Shown: positions 36,104 through 49,257 of the stretch, piece by piece
Numbering within the stretch: the stretch's first letter is position 1
How the letters are laid out: each line of letters opens with the position of its first letter
Assembly: GCF_026210795.1 (NCBI RefSeq)
Contig: NC_089435.1
Span: 3,596,001 to 3,660,000 of the forward strand
Length of the DNA stretch: 64,000 nucleotides
Origin: Rhizophagus irregularis
Taxonomy: Eukaryota
Reading direction: 5' to 3'
The notes under the pieces: generated by a model
Told to the model about the DNA's origin: nothing
Database searches by the model: none
What the model saw: the letters and a program-made list of their open reading frames with translations, nothing else
Translations under genes and position numbers: made by a program

Positions 36104-36273
36104 ATAATATATACTTATTGTATAGTATTTAGGCAATAACGTGCTGTTTTCGATTGAGGCCATTTGATTGGCTCAGATTGTGCCACGAAGTGGTACAATA
36201 TGACCGATCAAATGGTTGAGATCGAAAACAGCTAAGTATTGCCTAAAGACCTATACAATAAGTGTTTTATTAT
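36104..36273 (+). repeat. ~170-nt long imperfect hairpin with C-GAA-G loop
   Basis: Nested arms ACTTATTGTATAG/CTATACAATAAGT, TTTAGGCAATA/TATTGCCTAAA, GCTGTTTTCGAT/ATCGAAAACAGC, CCATTTGATTGG/CCGATCAAATGG and ATTGTGCCAC-GAA-GTGGTACAAT. Confidence 0.9.
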
Positions 36274-36699
36274 ATAGACTCTCACGATCACACTATTAAA
36301 TCAGTCACGAGTTAATGTATAGTCTATTTGTATAAAAATCTAATTATATTATGTATTTGTAATGATTTAAAATTTAAACAGTATTCATTTATTATATATA
36401 TCATCAATAAAGCTATTCAATAAATGTAAAAAAAATACAGTGTGATCCTATAAGGATATATAATAATAAAATGTTATTAACCTACTTTTGTTAACACTTT
36501 TTTAATTTTAATAATAAAGAAATTGAGCAATTTTTATTAAAAATATTACTAATTTTTTTTTTTATTTAGACAAAGAAACTGGCCAATTTTTTATTAAGAA
36601 ATAAAAAAAAATTGTTTTTTCAATTTTTGGTTAAGAAATCGACCAATTTTTTATTATAAAATGACTATCAGTTACCTGCTGTTGCTTTGCACCATATAC

Positions 36700-37150
36700 C
36701 GATATATTATTATTAAAAAAAAAAATCACCAAAAATCTTATCACACCTATTATTATTAAAAAAAAAAAGCACAGAAAATTTATTGTCTATCTATTGTTAT
36801 TAAAAAAAAATCTTAGAAAATTTTTTACAAATCCTATTAAACATAATCTATTGTTAAAAAAAACTTTTATTAATGGGAACTAAAAAAAATCTTACTAAAA
36901 ACAATTATTAGCTCAATAAGTTAATTTTCTATTACATCTATTGTAGTTAAGAAAAACATCTCAGAAAATTTTAATTATAACTATTTATTATACTTATACC
37001 AATCTATTGAATCATTTATGTCTATCCATTATATACCATACTGATCTATTGTTATTAAAAAAAATCTCTGAAAATTTTTTTATATCTATCTATTGTACTT
37101 TACCGATCTATTATTGAAAAAAAAAAAAATTCCAGAAAATTTCTATACGA
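36700..37150. repeat. Degenerate AT-rich tandem repeat (~45-55 bp)
   Basis: Recurrent CTATTGTTATTAAAAAAAAA..AGAAAATTTT units. Confidence 0.55.
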
Positions 37151-37926
37151 TCTACATCCAAGTGATCAGCAAAATTAAATTTTTCTTTGATAACAACTAA
37201 ACAAACTAAACATGCAGCGAAAGTGGCACAGGTTATAAAAAAGCCTAGGCATATGCGTTATGCATAATGCTTCATGCTTCTACCAGTTTTTCTTTTCCAA
37301 AAATATGAAAATATGCATGCAGTTCGGACAAATTACAAATTGAGCGAAAAAGCCGATGATCTAAATCCATTCAAAACTACTTATACGCGTTTGTGGATGA
37401 TGATCTTTTCCATATAGTGTTATTTTAAGAACCAAAAATATTCTTATTTTTAGAATTAAACGCCTCTAATGTTACGGATAAAGTTGAATTTGTACTACTA
37501 CTAGACTATTACTAGCTATTAATCGAACAACGGAAAATCTAATGAAGAATTCTATTTATTCTTTTAATTGGCCTTTTATTGGTATCAGAAAGCGGCGGAG
37601 AAGGGTTATAAATGGGCGATTAAAGATGCTGCCCGAAACTTAGTAGTTTCCGAAACTGTCAAAACTGAAACTTGGTAAAACTATTTCTGAAATTTTTTTA
37701 TTTTCCAAAACTGGCCCTATAAAAAAAAGTTGTCCAAACACTGTTCGGTTTTTTGTTCGGAAAATTGACCCCGTTCCGAACATTTACTTGACATTTATTG
37801 GACAGTTATCATGAATAACAAAAATATTGTCAAATCACCTAAATCCTATCAATGCTTGTAAGCTTATAAAAAAGCTTACTTTTTTTTCAATTCGAATATT
37901 TCTTTTTCAAATTTTAAAATTTCATT

Positions 37927-40222
37927 ATGTCCGACGTTCGTTATAAATTAATTTTTAGTGTATTAAATAAAGCAAAATCATTAATAGATTTAAATATTCA
38001 CAATAATTTAGAGAAGAAATACGAATACATAAAACAAATTATCCTTAATAATGAAGAAATTCTTACGAAAGATGAAAAGTTAGAAGCAATAAAATTATTA
38101 AATAATACATTTGACAAAGATAAAATTCTTTATAATGAAGGAACAAAAAGAATTTGTGAAAATTGTCAAAAAGAATGTTTAGCCATATCATATTGTGAAT
38201 ATTGTATTAGAAATTATTTAAAAGAAAATTTTTCAGATTGGACTTCCGAAAATGAAGATATTGATAATTTAATACGAAAATGTCAAATGGAATCATATGC
38301 TCCTAATAGGATAATAGAATGGATTCCATATAATAATTTGCGAAATATTGAATATTTAACTAAAGGTGGTTACTCCGAAATTTATACGGCGGATTGGATT
38401 GATGGAGAATATTTTAAATGGAATAATCAAGAACGAAAATTAAAAAGATTTGGAAAGCAAAAAGTAATACTTAAAAGATTGGAAAATGGTGAAAACACTA
38501 ACAGAAATTGGTTTGATGAGGTAAGAATTTTTAACTTGATCAAGGGTGTTTATAGAAGCGTAGGAGGTTTTACAGTGGTTCGCATAGGTTAAATAGAAAA
38601 TAGAAAATAGACTCTGATAAAATACCGCGCCCGTACTTTCTTTCATTGAGCGCCGCTTTTTTAAAAAAAGAGTAAACTTTTTTTTTTATAGCGACCTTAA
38701 AAGTATTTAGGAAAGGTTCCCTTTCCCAAACCTAAAAAATAAATGTTTAATAAATAAAAGTATTTTAGCCTCATAAATTTTTATAAAACTAATATTTTTT
38801 TGTAATATAAAACTGATTTATAAGGGTTTTCATATCATATCCGAATATATAGTAACGAAATAATATTCATTATTTATAAAACTTTGTACTATTAAAACTT
38901 CACTTTCGTAAAATATAAATTGTATCGTTAATTTTCTACGCTCACGCACTATTTGTCTCTCATTATTACATAACCTTGCATTTTATTTAAAATATCCACG
39001 TCTAAATCTACGCTAATCTTCGCTATAGTTAAACTACATTTTTACATGCAAGATGCGTGTAGTACTAATGTACTAATTCTTCGTTAATAATTTATATTTT
39101 ATATTTTTCTCAAATTGTATTGTTTTTGAACTTTTGGTGCAAATGATAAAAGTTCAGAGTCGGAAAATGTTTGAAAAAAAAAAACGATATTCTTATTAAG
39201 ATAATTATAATCTTATATTAATTTTATTTTGTAGGTTAAATCTCATTTAACTTTAAGTAACAAATGGTCCGGCGTAGTAAAATTGTACGGTTTAACAAAA
39301 GATCCATCCGACGGGAATTATATTCTCGTAATACAACAAATGAATATGGATTTAAGAGAATATTTACAAAAAAATCGTAACCTTACATGGAAAGAAAAAA
39401 TTGATATTATTTTTTATATAATTAATGCACTTTCTCAAATTCATAAAGAGAATGCAATTCATAGAGATTTACATTCTGGAAATATATTATTTTCCCAACT
39501 TAATCAAGAATTTTATATCAGTGATCTTGGATTTTGTGGACCAGCCGACAAAAAATTAGATAGTATATACGGGAATCTATCTTATATAGCTCCAGAAGTT
39601 ATTTCTAAAAAAGAATCCACTTTCGCATCTGATATTTATAGTATTGCAATTTTAATGTGGGAAGTTTCGTCCGGGCAATTTCCTTTTATTAATCACACTC
39701 GTGATTACTATTTAGCAACGAAAATAATGAATGGAATGAGACCGAAAATAATGTCAAGTACACCTCTAAAATATAAAATATTAATGGAGCAATGTTGGCA
39801 CGCTGATCCAACAAAAAGACCTGATATCAATAGTCTTCATAATAAGATTTTTGAAGTAAGAAAATTATATTATCAAAATAATCAATACGAAAATAATAAG
39901 CAACATCAAACAAGTAACGATAATATTAGTAAATTCGGAAATTTACTTGAAATAAGAATTATTACCGAAGGTAAGATATCAGTATTTGGTCACTGTATAT
40001 TATTCTTAATTTATACTTTTTGATACTAAATTTTAATTAAACATTCTTTATATTATTTAGCTCATCATAGTCAGCATAATTTTAGCATTCCGAACAGTAA
40101 GTAATTAATTTATAGATGAGTATATTAACTATAAATGAAACATATTTTACATAATCCAAATAATTTTACCTAATTCAGAAATTGAAGATATCGGGAATAA
40201 TTCAATATCTAGTAAAGAATAA
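37927..40222 (+). CDS. Tyrosine-kinase-like protein kinase, ~469 aa, 4 exons, apparently intact
   Basis: Exons 37927-38520, 39235-39970, 40061-40096 and 40179-40222 join in frame (GT-AG). N-terminal CxxC..CxxC and WTSEN..ID motif; GGYS, VILK, HRDLHSGN, DLG, YIAPE, SDIYS and CW..DP.KRP. Confidence 0.88.
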
Positions 40223-41104
40223 TTAAGGATGTCATGTATCATATAGTTCCAACACCAGCGTTACGCTACCACATTGTACTGTACATTTGTACTACAAGAA
40301 AGATTTTCATAGAAAAAAACATTGTATATACCACGTTCATCATGTATTATAGTTTTCAAATTTAAAACACTTTATTAGAGATGAGTTATTTGAAAAATGA
40401 AAGCTTATTTAGTTTAAAAATTTCGTGCTGTATAACATAAAAAATATATTTTGACAAATGTTTTATGCGTTTTCTAACAATTTTTCACTTCATTTAGTTC
40501 CAATTGAACAAAGTTGGAGAGTTAAGACAAAAATTGTAAAAGAGTCCACATTTTTTTTGCGTCGCTTCTCAACTTTTTTTCCCATCTTTCAATAGGAGAA
40601 AATAGGAAATCAAATAAAAGATAAAGCAGGAAAAAATAAGAAGCTTAATAAATAATTATCCCGTATCGGCACTACGGAGTTCTATACTGATCTGCCGACT
40701 ATCTGCTATTGCGGAATTTTTCAATTTTTTCAAGTGTTACTGATTCTGTATTTCTTATATATTTTATATTTTATGTCTTATTATTTGTTTTGAGTCACCT
40801 TTAATCTTAATAATGAAAATATATCTTACTATTTTTCTGTTGTTATAATTATTATAGGAATTATATTTCATTATTTTTTTATATTATTTCTATTATTCAG
40901 TTATTTTATTGATTATCAAACATTTTATATTAATATCTTTTGTATTTATTCATGTAAGAGGTCAAGTTCTTGTATAATTAATTATAATATTGAATTTAAT
41001 AAAGTAAAACCTTTAGCATGAAAATTAAACTTCTTGTTAAACATATCAAACATTCGTAACATTCATGACACGATCGTCGGTCACATGATTATTCAATTAT
41101 AACA

Positions 41105-41959
41105 CAACTATCCAGGGTTCATGCTGCCCGACATCGGCCGAAAGGGGTCGCAACTAGCGGTGGTGCACAAACAGGCGTTAGGCGTAGGATATTGCTGAAA
41201 GTCTAGTATACATTTAATAAATATACCTTGAAGCTATTGTTGAAGCGTGAATCCGAATAGCCATGAAACAGAATTGAAGTAAAACTAGGAAACGGAGCCC
41301 ACACGTCAAGATCCGGTCGCCTAAAAAAAAAAAGAAAGTCGAAACGTTGTAAGATGTTTCGTTAAAGCAAAGAAAATTACATGATTTTTCATCGAAGAAA
41401 TCTCACGCGTCCAGACCTGAAGAATAAGCCGCATCTAAAATAATAGTCCTTCGTTACGCTCCAAAAAAAGATAAAAAATGGAAACGTTAATAACGTTTCA
41501 CTGAAGAGAAAGTTTACAATGCTTTCCACTCTTACCGAAATTCACGTTAATAGATATTCGATGAAATCGCCTAAATAAAAAGATACAAAACGAAACGTTA
41601 ATATACGTTCCGTCAAAGAAATATTCAGAGAAAACTCCATACTGAAATAAACTTCGCGATTCTCACTGAAAAAAACATAAAACTTACTTCCTTCTATTAC
41701 AAATTTTTAAGAAAATTAGTTTACTAAATGGGATAAGAAACGTTTCACGTCCGGAGAGACTGAAAGAACTACCTAAAAAACAGAAATATTCCGTTAAAAA
41801 ATTTTTGATTTTTTCTTATGGTGCTTTTTAAACAAAGTACGTTTCTTAGTTAATAAAACCTACTTTATTATTTTCCTCGTGTCCAAGTCTACAAAATATA
41901 AAAAAGAAATGTTTCATTAGAAACATTTCAAACTTTCCTAAATTCCCATTTCACCTTGG
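41105..41959. mobile_element. Truncated copy B of the unclassified 55-bp-array element (single unit)
   Basis: High identity to 17825-18750 and 46460-47200, with only one CGGCCGAAAGGGGTCGC..GGTGGTGCACAAAC unit. Confidence 0.85.
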
Positions 41960-42210
41960 AGCTAATGTCAGGAAATGTGGCGCAGTATTAAAATTTTTGA
42001 AATTTTAAATTTAGTTTACTGCGGTCCGCAACGACCTTAAACTAAGGATGATGATTTATTTTAGGCAGTCCAAAATGACTTTAAACTATTGGTTAATTTA
42101 TTTTTGGTATTATTTTACTTTAGCTGTCCGCGATGACGATGACTATGATGTAGTTATAACATAATTTACTGTGCAAACTGAACTAACGAACTTGGAAAAT
42201 AAAGATTTTA

Positions 42211-42641
42211 CAGTCAAACCTCGATGTACCGATATTCTATATACCGATAAATGGTCTATACCGATAAATTTCAATTATCCAATTTCATAATTAATAAAAA
42301 AACGTTGTTGTACCGATATTATATATAGTTTCGCGATGTAACATGTAACGATACTCTTTCTTTGCCTCTTTATAGTAACGTATAATAAAATAATTTAGGT
42401 TACACTGGTTTTAATTTGGGCTGGTCCTTAGGTTTGGCCCGAGTTAAAAAAATTGTAAACTTATAATTCGAGCGTCTGGCCAAAATCATATTTTTTTGGT
42501 TTTTCGGAATTAAGCATAGTGCGAGCCAGAATTAGATTTTGGCCCGCATTATAATCTACAGATAATATATATGTACCGATATTTCAATGTACTGATACTT
42601 TTTCCCTGTCCCGACAGTATCGGTATATCGAAGTTTGACTG
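42211..42641. mobile_element. Tc1/mariner (pogo-like) MITE (431 bp)
   Basis: TA|CAGTCAAACCTCGATGTACCGATA ... TATCGGTATATCGAAGTTTGACTG|TA, with internal TACCGATA repeats. Confidence 0.9.
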
Positions 42642-43239
42642 TATTATTTTAACCCAAATGCATTAGGTCTAGTGGCAAAAGACTATATCCTTGCGGGTAA
42701 TTCCGCGGGATCAAATGTTGCAGTTCCCTGGAAAAATATGGATTTTGTTTATATTTTCGGAAGAGTACTAGCTATTTATTATTTTAACCATGAATGTTGT
42801 TCACGAATTTTTAGTATTATTAAAAAAATTATAATTTGTAGAGCTTCTTCCCTCTTTTCCCTTTTTAGGGATAATATGCGCAAATAATTTATAATTTTTC
42901 ACCTATATGGCATAAAAATCAATAAACCATGTCTCCCAATAAATACAAATGTTACATTTATAGTCTTTGCCAAATTATCACCTAACGCAAGTCGACACCT
43001 GTACATATTTTCTGTTCTTTTCTTTTTAACAAAAGTATATATTTACATATTTACAGCACATAACCAAGTAAATAAAGTAGTGATCGAGCGGATCATGATA
43101 ATAGCAAATAGGTAGGTTATTTTTTATACCAATAATTAATTTCTCTTATTTACAAATATAAAGAATAATACAGTTCATACGAATTTTTGAAGGGTTGCAC
43201 AAATCACTAATAAATTTTTATCACATGATGTGCGAGAAA

Positions 43240-44250
43240 TTCTAAACTTCATATTTTCAAGAGTTTGGCTGGGAATATACCCAAATATTGGATAAATTAT
43301 AATCCGTATTACTAGTCTAAATTATAGTAAACACGTTAGTTGGCGTACCAAAGCTTCAAGCTATAACTTACTAACACTCGATATTTTAAATCGGAATTAT
43401 CCGAATGTTCTTAATATTTGCTTTTTTTGTGACAACACACAAGAATCTAACGAACATCTATGGACTTGTCCTCAAACTAACACCTTGCTCATTCCGTGGA
43501 CGAACAATCCTCCTTCCACCTTACAAGATGCTCCAGATTTACATTGTCTTCTCATCAATATGGTCCCGTCATCTAAAGTAGAACCCTTTAAACAAGCTAA
43601 AATCAACAAAAAGTTATCCAAAACAATTTTACTTAAATTCCTTTATGATTTACATCATGATATTTACGAATCTTTATGGAAGATCCGCGCTGTTAAATGG
43701 AAAGCTTGGAAATAAGACCACCAAAATACGAAAAGATCCTTTTCACGAGAGAAAAAACAAAAACGACACAATGAACAACATACCCCGCCAGCAAAAAATC
43801 CGTGTATACGCTTTTACAATACAATAGGATATACTAATCATTCGATTCTATGGATTTAACTTACAAGTTCAAACTACCTACTTTGGATTAATACTTTTAG
43901 TAGAGATATTCCTTCCGCCCAAATTTCTAGAAATCATAATAGTAATTCCCTTGATGTATTTTATTTCTCTACATAAGCCCTTTGTTCTTTTTATTATTAA
44001 TTTGTTTTTGTAGGATGTCCGTGTTTTTCTTTTTTTCTTTTTTTTTTAAAAAATTTGATTAACTAGCGTAGTCCTACTTTCTCAAATAGTTCCGACCGAA
44101 AGTGAGGTCCTATTTTTAATGGGATGAACGTTAAAGATCTACACATACAGACTGTTTTCTTAAGCACTTGGGTGCTAAATACTTGTATTTGTAATAGACT
44201 TTAATTACTACTATTTTGAAATAAAATAAAAATAAATAAATAAAATAAAT
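43240..44250 (+). mobile_element. 5'-truncated LINE: ORF2 C-terminal CCHC region, 3' UTR and A-rich tail
   Basis: LTLDILNRNYPNVLNICFFCDNTQESNEHLWTCP (C-x2-C..E...H...C zinc knuckle of non-LTR RTs) and IYESLWKIRAVKWKAWK; tail (AAAT/AAAAT)n at 44218-44249. Confidence 0.8.
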
Positions 44251-45159
44251 GAGTTTGATTTTTATGATCATGAAGAACAATTTGTCGCATTAATTTTTAG
44301 TCAATAAAATAAAGGAAAATGTATGAAAGTTACTTAATTATCATAATAAATTTTGGAATAGCGATAGCGAAAATTTTATCTATATTCATTATATACTATA
44401 GTGAATTCTCTCACAACAACGAATTTTAGTTTTTAGCCCGTGGGATTCACTGAATCCCATCCTAAAATCAGCGGAAATCCATATGCATTCTTTTAAAATT
44501 CTTAATTAACTCCTTCATTAAGAATACTAATGCTATATCTTTCAATTGAATCAGCAACATCAGTTAGATTTAATATCGAAGCGTAGCTATTCTTGATGTT
44601 TAAATTAATGCAATACAACATATTGATAATGTTTTATTAAATAATTGTAAAAAAAATTTGAGTAAAAAGTGTAGCAGAGCTAATACTATTTAAGACACGT
44701 TGATTCCAAATTTAAAAATTAGAGACATCAAGCGTAAAACATATTCTTTGACATTACAGTTCAAACCCTTCCTGTCGAAAATCTCTTCTTCAGATACTTG
44801 TCTCAATCCTCTTTGCGATCTTTGGTGCCAACGGTTTTATCCTCGACAGCATTTGTCATCGCTCGTGTCTTATACTTTCTATTGTAGATGGTTATAACTC
44901 AGTACATTCAGACTGCTAATTTCAAAATTAGATCAATATTTTTAGTACCTACATTTGCAAGAAAGATCCAGCATTGAAGTGCTGGCGAATTTCAGAATAT
45001 CTCCAAGTGGCATCAAAACTAAATTCGAGACTTTCTAGTTTCCGCTCGGCATTTACAAACAATGCATCTGATTTGCGATGATTTGTGATCTGGTTCTCTT
45101 GTAACCATCTAGCGATACTCCATTTAGTACAATAGATATTTATTTATTTGTATAGATCC

Positions 45160-47347
45160 ATTTCTTGATATCTATAAAATAAAACCAAAGGCTAATTAGT
45201 TTAATGAAAACATACTAATTAGCCAAAGGGGGACTTTAATTTCATAGCAATATCACTACAGCATAGCGGACATGCTCATATCACCTTGCCGATCATTTGC
45301 TGATCACTAATTCCGGATTTTAAAAACTTATTGCAAAATCACAAATATTTTTCAAATAATGTGGCAAAAAAATAATGGAATCTAAGTAAAAACACTAAAT
45401 TATTATATGATTTTAATTATATAATTATTAGCACAATTTTTAATAATATTATAAACATATTATTTGTTTATGATAATTCACTAATTATTGCCGATCATCA
45501 GACAAAAATTAAAGTGCGAAGATGAATATGCGAGTGCGAAACTTAAGAATTTGCACAAATATTCTTTATATTATGTAGAATCTATAAAAAAAATAATGCA
45601 GTGATCTGATTCATAATGCAGGTTTTTTATTAGTAACATAATTAGTGAATAATTTCGTAAAATGAATAAATATATGCCAAATAATAATAAAAGCTAAAAA
45701 GTTTCTAATGAAATTTAATACACAATAAATTAAAACTAAATTTAAGTTATTTGTGAAATTTAAGCATATATTATTATGTAAATTTTTTTAGCAACGGTAT
45801 TTATATTATGTGATAATTGAATAAATGATCGGCAAATGATCGACAACAGTATTGTGATAAAATAGGGATGTCCGCTATGCTTATCACTACGGAGTTGGTG
45901 ACAATGATCAGACATGTCAAGATCTAGCATGCCATCAATGCAACTATCCAGGGTTCATGCTTCCCGACATCGGCCGAAAGGGGTCGCAACTAGCGGTGGT
46001 GCACAAACGACAGGATACCAGATATTGGCCGAAAGGGGTCGCAAGTCACGGTGGTGTACAAATAGTAGGACGAAGGTCAACAATCACCACGGAGTCGGTG
46101 ACAATGAGAAGGCATGATAGGATCTAGAGCATGCCATCAATTCCGCAAGCAGCGGTGGTGCACAAACGGCAAGACGAAAGTCAACAATCACCACGGAGTC
46201 GGTGACAATGAGAAGACATGATAGGATCTAGAGCATGCCAACAATCCAGGGTCATTGCTGCCAGACATCGGCCGAAAGGGGTCACAACTAACGGTGGTGC
46301 ACAAACGACAGGATACCAGATATCGGCCGAAAGGGGTCGCTAGTCGCGGTGGTGCACAAACGACAGGATACCAGATATCGACCGAAAGGGGTCGCAAGTC
46401 ATGGTGGTGCACAAACGGTAGGACGAAGGTCAACAATCACCACGGAGTCGCCATCAATGCAGCTATCCAGATTCATGCTGCCAAACATTGGCTGAAAGGG
46501 GTCGCAACTAACGGTTGTGCACAAACAGGCGTAGGATATTGCTGAAAGTCTTGTATACATTTAATAAATATATACCTTGAAGCTATTGTTGAAACGTGAA
46601 TCCGAATGGCCATGAAACAGAATTGAGGAAACGGAGCCCACACATCCAAGATCCGGTCGCCTAAAAAAAAAAAAAAAAAAAAAAGAAAGTCGAAACGTTG
46701 TAAGACGTTTCATTAAAGGAAATATGTTCAAAGAAAATTGTATGATTTTTCATCGAAGAAATCTCACGCGTCCAGACCTGAAGAATAAGCCGCATCTAAA
46801 ATAATAGTTCTTCGTTACGCTCCAGACTAAAAGATAAAAAAATGAAAACGTTAATAATAAAAAACGAAACGTTAATATATGTTCCGTCAAAGAAATATTC
46901 ATACTGAATTTCTCAAAAGAAACAAATAAAAAATGAACTTGCGATTACCGCTGAAAAAAAAATAAAACTTACTCCCCTTTTTACAGAAAATTAGTTTACT
47001 AAATGGAAATGCAGAAACATTTCGTTAAAAAATTTTTGATTTTTTTCTTGCGGGTGCTTTTTAGCTTTTTTTTAAACAGAGTACGTTTCTTAATCCTTTA
47101 TTACACTTATTATCTTCCTCATATCACAAGACTAACGGCGTCCCTACAAAAAGCGAAGAAATGTTTTAGAAACATTTCTTAACCCTAAAATCCTATTTTA
47201 CCTTTAGTCTGCGTGTTTCTACAAAAGATACAAAAGAAAAAAGAAGTAATCAACAGAACTTGCTACGCGCGTTACTAAGCTATTTATTGATCAGTGGCTG
47301 GTGTGTAACCTGATCAGACGTGTCATGTCACTGACGTGTACCGATCT
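45160..47347. mobile_element. Copy C of the unclassified 55-bp-array element (6 units), interrupted by a Mutator MITE
   Basis: Colinear with 16687-18880; array at 45966-46526. Confidence 0.85.
45260..45881. mobile_element. Mutator-like MITE (622 bp) nested in copy C
   Basis: TIR AGCATAGCGGACAT / ATGTCCGCTATGCT; 9-bp TSD TATCACTAC (45251-45259, 45882-45890). The empty site is visible in copy A at ~16770-16778. Confidence 0.93.
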
Positions 47348-47984
47348 GATGTAATCATGTAAGAAATTTTTTGGGCGCAGTATTATATTTAAGTGTATAA
47401 TATTGGACAAGTCCTTCATGTTTATTGGGTAATAATTTATTAATTTTAAATTTTAATATGGGGATCGGGTAATTGATGACGTGAATATATTTGAAGTGAT
47501 CTACATAATTGTGACGAAGGGCAGTAAGTTAGAACGAACAATTTATATGAAATCTTCTTTTAGAAATTATTATTATTCTTTAGGATCTTAAAAAGAGAAT
47601 CATTATTTAATTGGTTCTATAATTAAATATAAAATTTAGAATTTTCGTGAGATTAGTGATGAGAATTTATTTTCTTTCTTGAATTTTTCATTTTATTAAT
47701 TAATTATTTTTATAATTAAACTCAGGAATTGTTATAACTTTTATCAAATTTAATAAAGGTTCAACCGGAAGAAGGGATCTTTATAATAATTCACCTGATG
47801 TTTATCAAATTCTTAATATTAGATGCATATTCACGATCAGACAAGATCTCAATTTATATTGTTGTACGTAATTGGTAATTGGCTATAGTTGATTATAGTA
47901 CATTCCCAAAAAGGAAGGAGTAGGTATAAATTTGGTTAGCATCATGCAGCATCTATTGGGTGCATTTTTTTTAAAAAAAAAAAT

Positions 47985-48060
47985 TGATATCGAAAATCAA
48001 TATTGATATCAATATCGATATCAACATCAAAATATCAATATCAATATCAATATCAATATT
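47985..48060. repeat. (ATATCA)n microsatellite
   Basis: Directly visible. Confidence 0.7.
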
Positions 48061-49257
48061 AATAGAAATTGAGTTTATATTAGTCTTGAATGAGATATTG
48101 ACGATGATCGGATTGGCTGAAGTTAATGACTAATCCAAAGTTAAAAAATGAGCCTATGGATAGGCTGCTGCGGCAAATTCGATATGTGGTTTTTTTTTAT
48201 TATTAATTATTAATTATTCTTTTTTTTATTATCAACATTTTTCTTTTATTTTACTAACTTCTTTTTTTACCCTGTAAAAAATCTGATCCGTGTTTTATCT
48301 TTCCATGCTTTTTCCGTGAATGTATCATTTTCATGGAATTAATAACCTCAAATCATGGAAATTTTCATCTCGCTAACACGGATATCCGTGAATGTATCAT
48401 TTTCACGGAATTTTTACGGAAGACACGGAGAAATAATGGAAATATTCGGATAAAAATTTTTTATAGGGTTATTATACTTATTTTTTATTACAGTATTAAA
48501 TTTATTTTATTTTATTTAATAAATTTATTTTTTTATAGTTTAGATTCGGATCAGCTGCTGCGGTAAATTTGATATGATTATTAATTAGTAATTAATAATT
48601 TTTTTTATTAAATTTTATTTATAATTTAGGTTTGGCCTCTTTTGATAAGATTATAATCAAAAAGGATTTGGTACCATACTATAATTTATGCCAAATTTAT
48701 TAGTTTTAACAAACCATTGCTAAAATTTAGAATTTAATTTGGGATTTCGGCAAAGAGTTTCGGCATTTGCTATAGCCGAAACATTTCGACACTCAACTCT
48801 ATTGTCAACTATTTTACTGATTCATAAATTGAGAGGACTCTCACATAATTAAACAATGGTAAATTTGAAGTAGGCGTTAAAATGAAAAAATTTATCATTA
48901 AGTAAGAACTCTTTGATTCATTTGGGAGACAGGCAATTAATACCCTAAATTCATTTAAACAGTCAACTGGAAGTTGTCACATTATTTAACTAAAAAAAAC
49001 GGTTTAATCTATCACGTGATCTAATTTTCAGTTATGAAAGTGACTACACCACAATCACCACATGATCTAAATTCGTACCGATCAACAAAAATTTTGTTTA
49101 AACTAAAAAAGCAATGTTTTATCCGAAAAACTCCGAATGTTTATTACACAATAAATAGGTTAGCTGGTCGGGTGATTGTTCAAATAATTTTATATTCAAA
49201 GTTCATTAAATATCAAAAAGAATTTTTTTTTTTTTTTTGAAATAATAAGTCAATAAA

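Noticed and set aside
44400..45130. Decayed minus-strand coding-like sequence (similar patches at 2300-2760, 12690-13130, 57950-58330)
   Set aside because: There are many stops and no family I could recognise, so no call can be supported.
48150..48580. Direct repeats GCTGCTGCGG(C/T)AAATT(C/T)GATATG flanking TCCGTG-rich sequence
   Set aside because: Probably a TE remnant, but termini and TSD could not be defined.
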